A stretch of 64,000 bases of DNA from Alphaproteobacteria bacterium (GTDB taxonomy: Bacteria > Pseudomonadota > Alphaproteobacteria > Rs-D84): positions 10,502 to 74,501 of the forward strand of contig JAVBPX010000007.1 of assembly GCA_031549365.1 (NCBI GenBank), written 5' to 3'. Under the pieces are notes generated by a model. The model did no database searches. It was not told where the DNA came from and was given only the letters and a program-made list of their open reading frames with translations. Position 1 is the stretch's first letter, and each line of letters starts with the position of its first letter. This document shows, piece after piece, positions 10,418 to 20,378 of this stretch. The position numbers and the translations under genes are program-made.

Positions 10418-11356
10418 TCACATCCTGGTCAATAAAAATGCGAAATAAACTCCATACGCACCTAAATATAAAAACGCATCCTGCTTTGTGATTTTTTTAC
10501 GAACAATCATGGACCAAGCCAATAATCCCACGGCCATCAACAAAACCCAAATATCAAATGTCTGAATTGAACCTGAAATTTTCAATGGGCTGATAATGCC
10601 GGCCAATCCCAATAATAAAACTATACGAATAAAACTTGAACCCAAAATATTTCCAAACGCAATATTAGTCTTGTTATTCTTGACCGCCATCAACGTAATA
10701 ATAAATTCTGGCATGGATGTCGCCATTGCCACAACAAACGTACCAACAAATGCCTGACTTAAATTATACTGACTTAAAATCTCCATCAAAGCATCAAAAA
10801 ATACATGTCCTCCAACGATTAAAACTAAACCACCCATCCCAATATATAACCAAATCATTTTCCAAGTCATAAATATCGTCGGCACCAAATCACATGACAA
10901 ACAAATAACAACCTGCTTTCTACTGGATAAATATTCACGTAATAAAAATCCGCCAAATAATAACAATAACGCAAATGCTCCAATCCGCGAAACTTCTCCA
11001 TCAATAACCATCAACGTCAACAACGCCGCGGCCAATCCTAAAAATATCATATATGATTTATATCGACCAATTGGAATATCCAACGTACGAATTAACCCGG
11101 CCAATCCTAATAATAATAAAATCGCAATTAAATTTGCCCCAATAACGCCACCAACTGCAACATCCCCTAAACCTCGTGCTGCTGCGCCAATTGTTACAAC
11201 CAATTCCGGCAAGCACCCGCCCAATCCTATAACCAGTACCGCCACACAAAACTCGGGCCATCCTAAACGCGCCGACAAACGACACGTTCCTCGAACTAAA
11301 TACTCGGCACCAAAAAACATAGCAGCCATTCCCAAAATCAACCACACCCAAGCCAT
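10418..11356 (-). CDS. Ca2+/Na+ (cation:Ca2+) antiporter, YrbG-like
   Basis: Two alpha repeats, GGCLPEL...GANL and ATSMPEF...GNILGSS; about 10 hydrophobic segments. Confidence 0.88.
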   Translation of the reverse strand: MAWVWLILGMAAMFFGAEYLVRGTCRLSARLGWPEFCVAVLVIGLGGCLPELVVTIGAAARGLGDVAVGGVIGANLIAILLLLGLAGLIRTLDIPIGRYKSYMIFLGLAAALLTLMVIDGEVSRIGAFALLLLFGGFLLREYLSSRKQVVICLSCDLVPTIFMTWKMIWLYIGMGGLVLIVGGHVFFDALMEILSQYNLSQAFVGTFVVAMATSMPEFIITLMAVKNNKTNIAFGNILGSSFIRIVLLLGLAGIISPLKISGSIQTFDIWVLLMAVGLLAWSMIVRKKITKQDAFLYLGAYGVYFAFLLTRM

Positions 11357-11379
11357 AATCTCTCTCCCTATAAAATATA

Positions 11380-12300
11380 TTATCCGTGAATTAAGCGACC
11401 AATTTTTCTAATAATCGGCATATCAATTTTATATCGATCTGCCAAAATTAAAATTGCTTTAATTGCTTCGACACCTTCGGATAACATTGGTTTTTCATCA
11501 TGAATTTGTTGCATAGTTTTACCCTGCCCCAACATAAACCCAGTTAAATAATTTCGACCTGTCACCGACGTAGCGGACAAAACCAAATCCCCTAAACCTG
11601 GAATATCCAAAAAAGTTTCCATTTTGGCGCCCATCACTAATCCTAAATTAACAATCTCTTTCCACGCCAATGCCATCTGACCGGCACGTGCATTTTCACC
11701 ACCACCGGCTCCGGCAATATAGCCAACAGCCAAAGCAACAACATTTTTACCAGCCCCGCACAATTGAACACCAACAACATCGTCTGATAAAACAACATGA
11801 AAATTGTCGCTATCCACTGCTTGCTTTGCCAATTCATTTAACTTTTTATCTTTGGCCGCAATCATTGTCCAGGTTTCCATTCCCTGGGCAACTTCACCGG
11901 CGAATTGTGGCCCGCCCAACACGGCAACCGAAACGTCGGGCAATTCTTCACGAACAACATCCGCCATAAAATGGGCAGTATTCGCCTCAATTCCCTTGGT
12001 ACACATAACAATTGATGGACATTTTTCCCATTTCGCCATTTCCTTTAAAACACCACGGGAAAAACGCGAAGGCACAACAAACAATAATAAATCCATATAT
12101 TGCAATTCGGACAAATCATTCGTCGCAACAATTGCGAAATCCAATTTAACATCAGACAAATAAGGTGTTTCATGCATCTGATTAATTCCATCTGCAATCT
12201 CTTGTTCACGAACCCAAACTAAAACCGAATTTCCTGCACGCACCACAGCGGTTGATAACCCAGTCCCCCAAGCACCACCACCAATAACACCAACTTTCAT
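11380..12300 (-). CDS. gpsA: NAD(P)H-dependent glycerol-3-phosphate dehydrogenase
   Basis: GGGAWGT, CTKGIE, GAGKNVVA and GLGDLVLS motifs. Confidence 0.95.
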   Translation of the reverse strand: MKVGVIGGGAWGTGLSTAVVRAGNSVLVWVREQEIADGINQMHETPYLSDVKLDFAIVATNDLSELQYMDLLLFVVPSRFSRGVLKEMAKWEKCPSIVMCTKGIEANTAHFMADVVREELPDVSVAVLGGPQFAGEVAQGMETWTMIAAKDKKLNELAKQAVDSDNFHVVLSDDVVGVQLCGAGKNVVALAVGYIAGAGGGENARAGQMALAWKEIVNLGLVMGAKMETFLDIPGLGDLVLSATSVTGRNYLTGFMLGQGKTMQQIHDEKPMLSEGVEAIKAILILADRYKIDMPIIRKIGRLIHG

Positions 12301-12473
12301 AACAACTCCTTTTGAATTGACGACATTATATCAAAACCACCCCCATTAATCCAAGACAATAAAACACCCGCCTAAATAGAAACAGCATTTTAAAAAAATT
12401 CGATATAAAATTACAAAATCTTCAAATTAAGAAAACAAAACTGTTGAAAACATTGCTAAACCCCAAAGCTATG

Positions 12474-12902
12474 CTAACGGGCGCGACACAAAGTTTTTTC
12501 AATTATTGCGACAATACTTTTAAAATCTTTTGATTCAATATTTACATTTGGTAAATTTGCAGGTTTATACATTCCAGATTTTTTCATAAATAATGCTAAA
12601 TTATTTTCAATAAAAATCGGTCCACCAATCGTTCCAACAGGATAAACCTCAATTATATTATCAAACGGGGATTGTTCCCCAAAAGAGGTTGTCATCAACC
12701 AAGAATGCTCAAAACCCGGCATATAATACCCTGTTTCAACCCTTAAATTGTATATTTTCGCAACCGCATGACAGATTTCATGGCACGAAATCAAATGATC
12801 CTCAGGCAGATTAAATTTATCCACAGAATCAAGAACCCTCTTGATACTTTTAAAAATATCAAGCTCTTGTTGTTTTACAATATATTCTGTACGTGTTTTC
12901 AT
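12474..12902 (-). CDS. Hypothetical protein
   Basis: Open frame with SCHEICHA and GFEHSWL; start uncertain. Confidence 0.55.
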   Translation of the reverse strand: MKTRTEYIVKQQELDIFKSIKRVLDSVDKFNLPEDHLISCHEICHAVAKIYNLRVETGYYMPGFEHSWLMTTSFGEQSPFDNIIEVYPVGTIGGPIFIENNLALFMKKSGMYKPANLPNVNIESKDFKSIVAIIEKTLCRAR

Positions 12903-13080
12903 TACAAAGACAATCTTATTATAATTATTATGATATTCAAGAAAAATAAAACCCAACCCAAAACAAATAGATCTCGGTAAAATCATATATTAATTGCGCC
13001 CAAACAATTATAATTTGATACAAATGCCCATTTATGATAAAATACACCACATAACCATTTATACACACAGGAATATAATC

Positions 13081-15789
13081 ATGCAGAAAATTTTAACATC
13101 CATGGCGATATTGATTCTGACTGCACCAACGTTACAATCTGCAACTATTACTATCGATTCTTCTAATTCTCCTTATACTTCTGACATAACTGCGGGCAAC
13201 ATTGGCAACATTAATGCCACGGGTTCAACCTCTGGAATATCCGTTACCGGCACCGGCACAGCCGCCGCAACCCAAGGCTTGGCAAACAACGTCGGCGGCA
13301 CGATGAACAACACGACGATTTATGGCACTGGAACTGGCGCAAACCAGGGTTTTGTTGTTAACTCTGGCGGCGGCACTATGAACAACACAACCATTACTTT
13401 CGGCGGCCAACTGACTGCCAAGGCAAGGTCTATTATTGACGGTGGATCATTAAATACCGGCGGCACATTGGTTTTTGACAATACATCAAACAGTGCGATC
13501 AATCGTTCAACTTTGCGCAATTTTACAATTGCTGACGGCACAATCACTACAAATGCGGCCAATTATTATAATTTTGAAAATTTACTTATAACAAAAACTG
13601 CCAAAACAACCATCTTGAATACAAACATTATCGGCAATAACATCCAGGTAATAAATAATTCCGCAACGCATTCTGACGATAATAACTACAGGCTGGAAAT
13701 GTCAACCGCTGGCGCACTAGAAGCAGATGGCTTGTTGTTACACAGCGCACGCATTAATAACGCCACCAGATTTGCATTAACAAATGTTACAGTTGATCAA
13801 AACGATCAAAATGCCCGCGCATCGCTTCTTATCAGCGGAACAACAAAAATTAATACGCTTGAAAATTTGACTATTATGGCGAACGATTTCTACCCTGTTG
13901 GCACATACAATATTGATTTTCTGATGTCCGGGATTACCGGATCCACATTAACAAACGCGAATGTAACTGGGGCCAGCATCAGATTCATTGCTCAAAACGA
14001 TGTTGTGTTGACCGGCCTTAATTTTGACGCCCAGGAATCAAAAATACAATTCAAAAACAATACTGTTGTGTCAAATTCCACTTTTGTTATTTTCAATTCC
14101 ACATCTGGCGAAAGATTCGACTTGAACGACAACGCAACTCTTCGCGATTCCAGCATTTCTGGCACCGGGGAATTATGGGCCAATTCAAATTCAAAAGTTT
14201 TAAACACCGAACTGTCCGGAATCAGATTCCAACTTAACGGTTCGACATCAATTGCCCAAGGAATTACATTTAACAATGGAGCATCTGTTTATTTTGGCAC
14301 TGTCGGATCAGTATTAAAAGACGTAACTGTAAATTCCGGATCTTTTGTTGAACTGGCAAATGCCGCCAATTCTTTAACTGGCACAAATGTTTTTAACTCG
14401 GGCAGTTATTTAAACATCATTTCAAACGTCACCACCAATTATCTTTTAACCGACTCTGGATCTTCATTGGAATTGAATGGTGCAAAAATATTTATAACAG
14501 CAGGTACGACATATCAGCACAACATCAGAAATGTAACAATAAACAACCTGTCGGGAAATGGAACTTTGGATCTTGCCATTTCTGGGGCAAATTCAGATCA
14601 GATTGATTTAAAATATATAATGCAAGGAAATCTTTCTGGCGATTATGTTTTTACTTACTCCGGCGACCTTGCCAGCAACTTGCTTAATGCAGACATTCTG
14701 GACGTATCCGGCGCCACCGTTTCAAATGCAACTTTTTCATTTTTTGACACAGTAAATGGTTATCAATATTTATTACGCGAAAATCCCAATTCACCAGGAG
14801 TATTCCAAATTTATCAGGCAGGCATCGCGGATTCAGTTTACAATGTTGCCGCCATGCGTTCAGCATTGTTGGCGTACACACGCAGCTTGAATAACGCATT
14901 GCACAAACGCAGCGGCGAAATCCAAGAAATGGTGCATAACATAAAATCCGATGAAAACGACAATCACAAGCATTATCATTCGTCAAAACGCAATTCACTG
15001 TGGGCACGTCCTGTGGCCGGGATTGGCAATGTTTCAGACAATCAGAATACAGACATACAGTTCTATGGATTCGAATTGGGATATGATCATGATATATGGT
15101 CCGGAAAAACATTCGATATTTTCCTAGGCGGGCTGTATGGTTATAACAATGGAAAATTTGATTTTGACCAACACTTTGACTTTAACACTGCGTCGGCTAA
15201 AATTGATACTCAATACACAGGCATATATTTAACATATTTATCAGACAATGGTTTTTATGTCGACACCACAGTACGTTATTATTGGTTTGATTATGATATG
15301 ACCAATACATCACCTTCTGTTGATACAATGGAAACTGGTAAAACCGACGCTGTTTCCGCCAGCCTAGAAGCCGGGAAACAAATATCGCTTGGCATATTCG
15401 GGAACAAGGAATATTTCATTCAACCACGCACAGAATTAACGTTCACAAAAATAAACGCAGAATCCGGATTGAATGCAATTATTGATACGACGAAATCGCT
15501 GGTTGGCGACCTTGGACTTATGATTGGCTGGCGCGATTTTGGTTACAACGAAAATGTTTTTGAACCATACCTTTGGCTTGGTTACAAATATGAATTCATG
15601 GGCAAGACAGACGTAACAAACAGCGGCATACAAATGATCAGCGATCTAAACGGTGGCGCTCTGAATACAGGGATTGGAATTACAGCTCAACTATCGAACA
15701 GCATACGAATTTACGGCCACATAAACTATGATTATTCTTCTGAATACGACATGCTAAACGGCAGCATCGGATTACGTTACCAGTTCTAA
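13081..15789 (+). CDS. Autotransporter (type Va) with beta-helical passenger
   Basis: Signal peptide MQKILTSMAILILTAPTLQSA; Asn/Thr/Gly-rich passenger with repeated GGTMNNTTI; C-terminal barrel ending IGLRYQF. Confidence 0.9.
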   Translation: MQKILTSMAILILTAPTLQSATITIDSSNSPYTSDITAGNIGNINATGSTSGISVTGTGTAAATQGLANNVGGTMNNTTIYGTGTGANQGFVVNSGGGTMNNTTITFGGQLTAKARSIIDGGSLNTGGTLVFDNTSNSAINRSTLRNFTIADGTITTNAANYYNFENLLITKTAKTTILNTNIIGNNIQVINNSATHSDDNNYRLEMSTAGALEADGLLLHSARINNATRFALTNVTVDQNDQNARASLLISGTTKINTLENLTIMANDFYPVGTYNIDFLMSGITGSTLTNANVTGASIRFIAQNDVVLTGLNFDAQESKIQFKNNTVVSNSTFVIFNSTSGERFDLNDNATLRDSSISGTGELWANSNSKVLNTELSGIRFQLNGSTSIAQGITFNNGASVYFGTVGSVLKDVTVNSGSFVELANAANSLTGTNVFNSGSYLNIISNVTTNYLLTDSGSSLELNGAKIFITAGTTYQHNIRNVTINNLSGNGTLDLAISGANSDQIDLKYIMQGNLSGDYVFTYSGDLASNLLNADILDVSGATVSNATFSFFDTVNGYQYLLRENPNSPGVFQIYQAGIADSVYNVAAMRSALLAYTRSLNNALHKRSGEIQEMVHNIKSDENDNHKHYHSSKRNSLWARPVAGIGNVSDNQNTDIQFYGFELGYDHDIWSGKTFDIFLGGLYGYNNGKFDFDQHFDFNTASAKIDTQYTGIYLTYLSDNGFYVDTTVRYYWFDYDMTNTSPSVDTMETGKTDAVSASLEAGKQISLGIFGNKEYFIQPRTELTFTKINAESGLNAIIDTTKSLVGDLGLMIGWRDFGYNENVFEPYLWLGYKYEFMGKTDVTNSGIQMISDLNGGALNTGIGITAQLSNSIRIYGHINYDYSSEYDMLNGSIGLRYQF

Positions 15790-15797
15790 AAAACCAA

Positions 15798-16238
15798 ATG
15801 TACGAAAGAATTGGTAATGCACATGAAATCGCATCCCATGAAAAAGTGTCCCCAAAGTTGAATCACCACAAAGGCATAAATCTCCCAGAAAATATCGTTC
15901 CTTATTCTGAGTACTGGATTATTTATAATAATGAATATGCCGGTTTTATAACCCTCCGCCATGAATTAAATAGCTTTCTTAAACAACGTGCTGGAAACAT
16001 AGGGTACAATATCCGACCATCCATGCGTGGTCATGGTCTTGCAAAGAAATCATTATTTCTTGTTTTGAAAAAAGCAAAAAATACAGGGTTAAACAAAGTT
16101 TTTATAACTTGTATGGAAACTAACATTGGATCGTTAAAAACAATACTCGTGGCAAAGAAAAAATTTGGTGGTCTAGAATCAACTAAACTTACCGACAAAG
16201 ACGGAACATTCCGACGGTTTTGGATTAATACACACTAA
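15798..16238 (+). CDS. GNAT acetyltransferase, possibly N-terminally truncated
   Basis: ITLRHELN...GNIGYNIRPSMRGHGLA...NIGS motifs; begins just after the autotransporter stop with no clear SD. Confidence 0.7.
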   Translation: MYERIGNAHEIASHEKVSPKLNHHKGINLPENIVPYSEYWIIYNNEYAGFITLRHELNSFLKQRAGNIGYNIRPSMRGHGLAKKSLFLVLKKAKNTGLNKVFITCMETNIGSLKTILVAKKKFGGLESTKLTDKDGTFRRFWINTH

Positions 16239-16445
16239 TTCCATAATAATATATACCACAAGATATAAGATTTATTAAAATTACAATTCCGCAATTACAG
16301 GCATAACAAAACGTTCATAATATTCGCATAAATTATCAAAATACAAATATTTTTTTGCATCCAAATCCCAAAACTTTGCCGAACAGGAAAAATTGTTTTT
16401 TAACAATCATTGACTTTTTATAGTAAAACCAATAGAGTTTTAATC

Positions 16446-16865
16446 ATGAGAAATGTATTCTGGATTTTTGGCGCAAGCCTATTATTTATATGTAACAATG
16501 CAAACGCAGATCAATGTGCTTACATAGATAAAAACACAAGAGATAATGCGTATAACATATTGAAATCCACAGATACCTACATAGATTTTTGTGCGCCATG
16601 CCAAGATATCGAACCAATAGAAAAAAAGATAAATAAAGTCGAATACAAAAAAGTCGATTATATTAAAAACAATATCCAGTTCTATCAAATATATATAAAC
16701 GACGAACCTATAGATATCGCATATATCTATGTTGGCGGGCGAAATCTGGGGGTAGCTGCAAACTGTGAACCATTTGTAGGTCAGCAAGTACAAAATGTTC
16801 CAGAATATATAGCGGATTATTTGTCCGGAAAATGGACTTTGCCACCTGAACGCGAACCAGAATAA
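16446..16865 (+). CDS. Secreted Cys-containing hypothetical protein
   Basis: Signal peptide ending ANA; DQCAY and FCAPC motifs. Confidence 0.7.
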   Translation: MRNVFWIFGASLLFICNNANADQCAYIDKNTRDNAYNILKSTDTYIDFCAPCQDIEPIEKKINKVEYKKVDYIKNNIQFYQIYINDEPIDIAYIYVGGRNLGVAANCEPFVGQQVQNVPEYIADYLSGKWTLPPEREPE

Positions 16866-16885
16866 CCTGGCTCGCGTTTTACATT

Positions 16886-18109
16886 TTAATAATTATTTGT
16901 TCTGATTGTCCATCCGCCTTTTGCTGTTGGCCAATTCGTAGTTGAACGTAAATAATCAAACCTTACCGCCTTTAAGGTATCCATAAATTCTGGGACTTTG
17001 TTTTCTGGAATTGAATTAATAGCTTTTATTGTATTAGCACCTATTTTGCCATCAACTTTTAACCCTGCATCGGCATAAGAATTTAATGCATTCTGTGTAA
17101 CGCGACCCGCGCCACCCATTACATTCATATCAAATACAGCATTTCTGATACGATCATTTTCTATTTTTGGTATATCCGTTTTATCCCAATATGCATCCTT
17201 ATAAATTTCACGCGCTTGTTCTTGCTTCAAATCTTTCACATCTTTTGGGAATTCCTTATCAGGGTGTTTTGCGCTGTAATCATCAAGGGTGCTTTGCTTG
17301 ATACCCATATTTGTAGGCTCATCTTTTTTCTGATTCTTTCCATCTGTATAACCACCTTCGGGCTCCTTAAGGTTTTTATACGCTGTTTCAAAGTTTTTAT
17401 CTTTATCCACTTCCTTCTCTTTCCATTCTTTTTTCTTTTCGTTTAACTCTGCCAGTTTAGCTTGTTTCTCAGGATCTGGTTTTCCGTACTCCGCCTCATA
17501 TTCTTCCTTGGTCATTTCTTCTGCATAACATGCACAATTTGGATGCATCCCACCCGCTTCATTTGGATCGCTTAAAATTGTGCCGGCCATTGATGCGCAT
17601 GCATCACAGCCACCGCCACTGCACCAGACATATACTACCTCTTTATCACAGATGCATACTTCAATTGGCCAACCACAATCTTGGCAATTGGCCTCGTTCT
17701 CTTCCCCTGAATCCAGGATTTCAACATCATAAATTTCAAGATTTTTTGTCTCGATAACATCGTCATTCATCAAAACTCTTACTGGGATTATTTCAGACAA
17801 AATAATCTTGAACTCTGTTTCAGATTCTTCTGCATCCTCATCATTTTCATCGTCACCTTTTTTTATTTGTTTAATTTTCTCATCCAGTTCGACTTTTATT
17901 TGGGCTTCCGCTTCCTCAAACTGCTCAAGCGTCATATCGTATTCAGGTTCTGCCATACGACCAGTCGCGTCATATTCCAAAGTTCCCGGATAGAACCTTT
18001 GCAATTGCTTTGTAACTTCTGCATTTGTTTTCGAATGGGATGGATTATCTTTATTTATGTACGCGTCCGACCGCATTAGTTTTCTTAAAAACTGTGGTGT
18101 TTTTATCAT
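16886..18109 (-). CDS. Multidomain muramidase: scaffold-like N-terminal peptide, MuF-like Cys motif and GH108 lysozyme with PG-binding domain
   Basis: ATG at 18109 with SD AAGGA; CDAC...G...HPNCAC; EGGY...PTNMGI; VFDMNVMGG, LKVDGKIGANT and GWTIR motifs. Confidence 0.8.
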   Translation of the reverse strand: MIKTPQFLRKLMRSDAYINKDNPSHSKTNAEVTKQLQRFYPGTLEYDATGRMAEPEYDMTLEQFEEAEAQIKVELDEKIKQIKKGDDENDEDAEESETEFKIILSEIIPVRVLMNDDVIETKNLEIYDVEILDSGEENEANCQDCGWPIEVCICDKEVVYVWCSGGGCDACASMAGTILSDPNEAGGMHPNCACYAEEMTKEEYEAEYGKPDPEKQAKLAELNEKKKEWKEKEVDKDKNFETAYKNLKEPEGGYTDGKNQKKDEPTNMGIKQSTLDDYSAKHPDKEFPKDVKDLKQEQAREIYKDAYWDKTDIPKIENDRIRNAVFDMNVMGGAGRVTQNALNSYADAGLKVDGKIGANTIKAINSIPENKVPEFMDTLKAVRFDYLRSTTNWPTAKGGWTIRTNNY

Positions 18110-18119
18110 TGGTTTTTCC

Positions 18120-18442
18120 TTTGTTAAATAAAAAGCCCCGCACAATGGCGGGGCAATAAAAAACGGCGGCAAATCCGCCTCAATATGCTTTGCATTGTAC
18201 CACAAATCGTCAAAAAAATCAATAATAAACACCCTTAAAATTCCGACGCACCAATGAACAGTGCACTGCCAAAAACGGGCATTGTATGTAAACATCAAAA
18301 TATCGCCGTATTTTCACATATAAAATTACATACCATTGCAATAACCTTAAAAACACATCAAAAAATCCCCGGATTCCGGGGATAATTCAAGGGCTATTGA
18401 TTTTGTTAAAAATTACAGCAAAATCAACAAGTTATCTGGCGG
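18120..18442. repeat. Diverged ~320 bp element-end repeat ending in att-like TTATCTGGCGG
   Basis: Aligns with 41780-42112 up to the tRNA-Ser 3' end; a partial third copy lies at 40335-40393. Confidence 0.9.
18194..18222 (-). promoter_or_regulatory. Sigma70-type promoter with extended -10
   Basis: TTGATT, 17 bp spacer ending TGG, then TACAAT; conserved in the copy at 41862-41890. Confidence 0.7.
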
Positions 18443-18481
18443 GTGACTAAACTTTTATCAACTGCCCCACACAAGAATTTA

Positions 18482-18694
18482 TCACATTAATAGACCTTTT
18501 GCTCTCATTGACACAATAGTACCAAGACATTTTCTTTGATACTCCTCGTTGATTTTTTCCATACCTTCAGCAATTTTGCTGTCTAATTCATAGCTTTCCT
18601 CTACAGTAAGCTGTGTTATCTTGCCTTGGGCGTATAACTCACGAAAAATCTTAGCTGATCTACTGTTATAATTCAATCTTCTCACGTATTTCAT
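18482..18694 (-). CDS. Small hypothetical protein
   Basis: 70 aa open frame with AAAGGG upstream. Confidence 0.45.
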   Translation of the reverse strand: MKYVRRLNYNSRSAKIFRELYAQGKITQLTVEESYELDSKIAEGMEKINEEYQRKCLGTIVSMRAKGLLM

Positions 18695-18804
18695 GTCTAG
18701 CCCTTTATCTAAATTTCAACTGAATTGACTCTGTGTTTTATGGCATTATATAGAATGGTAATAAAAATAGCAAGTTTTGCGTATATGTTCCATTGTATAT
18801 AATC

Positions 18805-18831
18805 ACAAAGCCCGCTGTACGCGGGCTTTGT
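18805..18831. terminator. Terminator-like hairpin
   Basis: ACAAAGCCCGC-TGTAC-GCGGGCTTTGT. Confidence 0.65.
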
Positions 18832-19000
18832 TTGATATTTATACTAAAACACCAGATTACTGGCGGTGGTGTAAATGTTATTGGTGTAGAGCATACTAAA
18901 CGTGATGAACCACTTATAAATTGATCATTTTAAACATTCGGCCATAATCAGCCAAAAGTCAGCGTTTTGCCCTAATACCTTATAAAACCCAACTTCATTA

Positions 19001-19180
19001 ACAGGGAAAATACAGGGAATATTTTCGATTTACACCGAATAACCTACCCTTATCGTCATTACCGCACAGGTGGGGATCTATTGACCCGACACTTTACCTA
19101 CTTACCCACAGAAAATTCCCTGCCAAAATAACAGGGAATTTGTTTCAAATATCTGGGAATACCTCATAGTAAACAAGGAT
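19001..19180. repeat. ACAGGGAA motif cluster (direct and inverted)
   Basis: Copies at 19001, 19012 and 19131, inverted at 19116, degenerate at ~19152 and 19173. Confidence 0.7.
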
Positions 19181-19289
19181 AAATTCATAACTTCTTATGA
19201 AACTAGAATTCCGCTTAACTTTCAACCAAATACACGGTTGACTTCATAACACATCAATTATACCATAATCATAACGAACGGAGGCCTCC

Positions 19290-20378
19290 ATGAAACCATT
19301 AATCAAACCATCCCCACTAAAACCCGGGGACACAGTCGCCACAGTATCTCTTTCTTGGGGTGGTGCTGGTATATTGCGAGATAGATATGAACAAGGTAAA
19401 CGCCAATTCATGGAAGCATTCGGAGTTAACATCATCGAAATGCCAAATTCATTAAGAACTCCGTCTGAATTATATGAACATCCGGAATTACGCTTGAACG
19501 ATTTAATGGATGCTTTTCAAAACTCGGAAATCAAAGCAATTTTGTGCAATATCGGTGGCGATGACACCATTCGTTTGTTGCGTTTGATGAATGATAAACA
19601 TTTTGAAATTATGCGCAACAATCCAAAAATATTTATGGGTATGTCAGACACAACCGTTAACCACTTTATGTGTTTAAAGGCTGGAATTTCATCTTTTTAC
19701 AGCCCGGCAACAATGTTCGGATATGCTGAAAATTGCGGCATCCCGGAATTGATAGTGGAAAACACCAAAAAAACATTATTCTCAACCGAACCAATTGGCG
19801 AATTACCACACGCATCAGAATTCATGGTTGATAGGATTGATTGGGAATCTGGTAACGATATTTGTCGCCCACGTATCCCAACCACACCTTGGCGTTTTAT
19901 CCAAGGTGACAAACCAGCAACGGGCCGGTTATTGGGTGGATGCACAGATGTTTTAAATATGTTAAATGGAACACCATTATGGCCGGAAATTGATGAATGG
20001 AACAATACAATTTTATTCTTGGAGAACAGCGAAGAACGCCCATCGCCAGATTATATGTTATATACCCTGCGCTGTTTTGGTGCCCAAGGAATATTGGATC
20101 GCATCAAAGGAATTATGTTTGCTCGTCCAGGCGGTGAGTTCAAACCGGGCGAAAAATCCGAAAAAGAAGAATGGTTAAAACTTTATCCAAAATTCGATGA
20201 CAAAATTTTAAAAGCATGTCGTGAATATGGGCGCACAGATATTCCAATTGTAACCAATATGGATTTTGGACACACCGTTCCACAATTTATATTACCATAC
20301 GGCGCCATGACCGAGATCGACCCCACAAAGAAAACCATATCAATATTAGAAAGCGCAGTCGATCAAAAGGATAAATAA
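19290..20378 (+). CDS. S66 family peptidase (LD-carboxypeptidase / MccF-like)
   Basis: LKPGDTVATVS, IGGDD, KIFMGMSDTT (Ser), ILFLENSE (Glu) and DFGHT (His). Confidence 0.92.
   Translation: MKPLIKPSPLKPGDTVATVSLSWGGAGILRDRYEQGKRQFMEAFGVNIIEMPNSLRTPSELYEHPELRLNDLMDAFQNSEIKAILCNIGGDDTIRLLRLMNDKHFEIMRNNPKIFMGMSDTTVNHFMCLKAGISSFYSPATMFGYAENCGIPELIVENTKKTLFSTEPIGELPHASEFMVDRIDWESGNDICRPRIPTTPWRFIQGDKPATGRLLGGCTDVLNMLNGTPLWPEIDEWNNTILFLENSEERPSPDYMLYTLRCFGAQGILDRIKGIMFARPGGEFKPGEKSEKEEWLKLYPKFDDKILKACREYGRTDIPIVTNMDFGHTVPQFILPYGAMTEIDPTKKTISILESAVDQKDK

Noticed and set aside
18110-18298. N-terminal extension of the 470-aa ORF
   Set aside because: Runs through the non-coding end repeat and promoter; the SD supports ATG at 18109.
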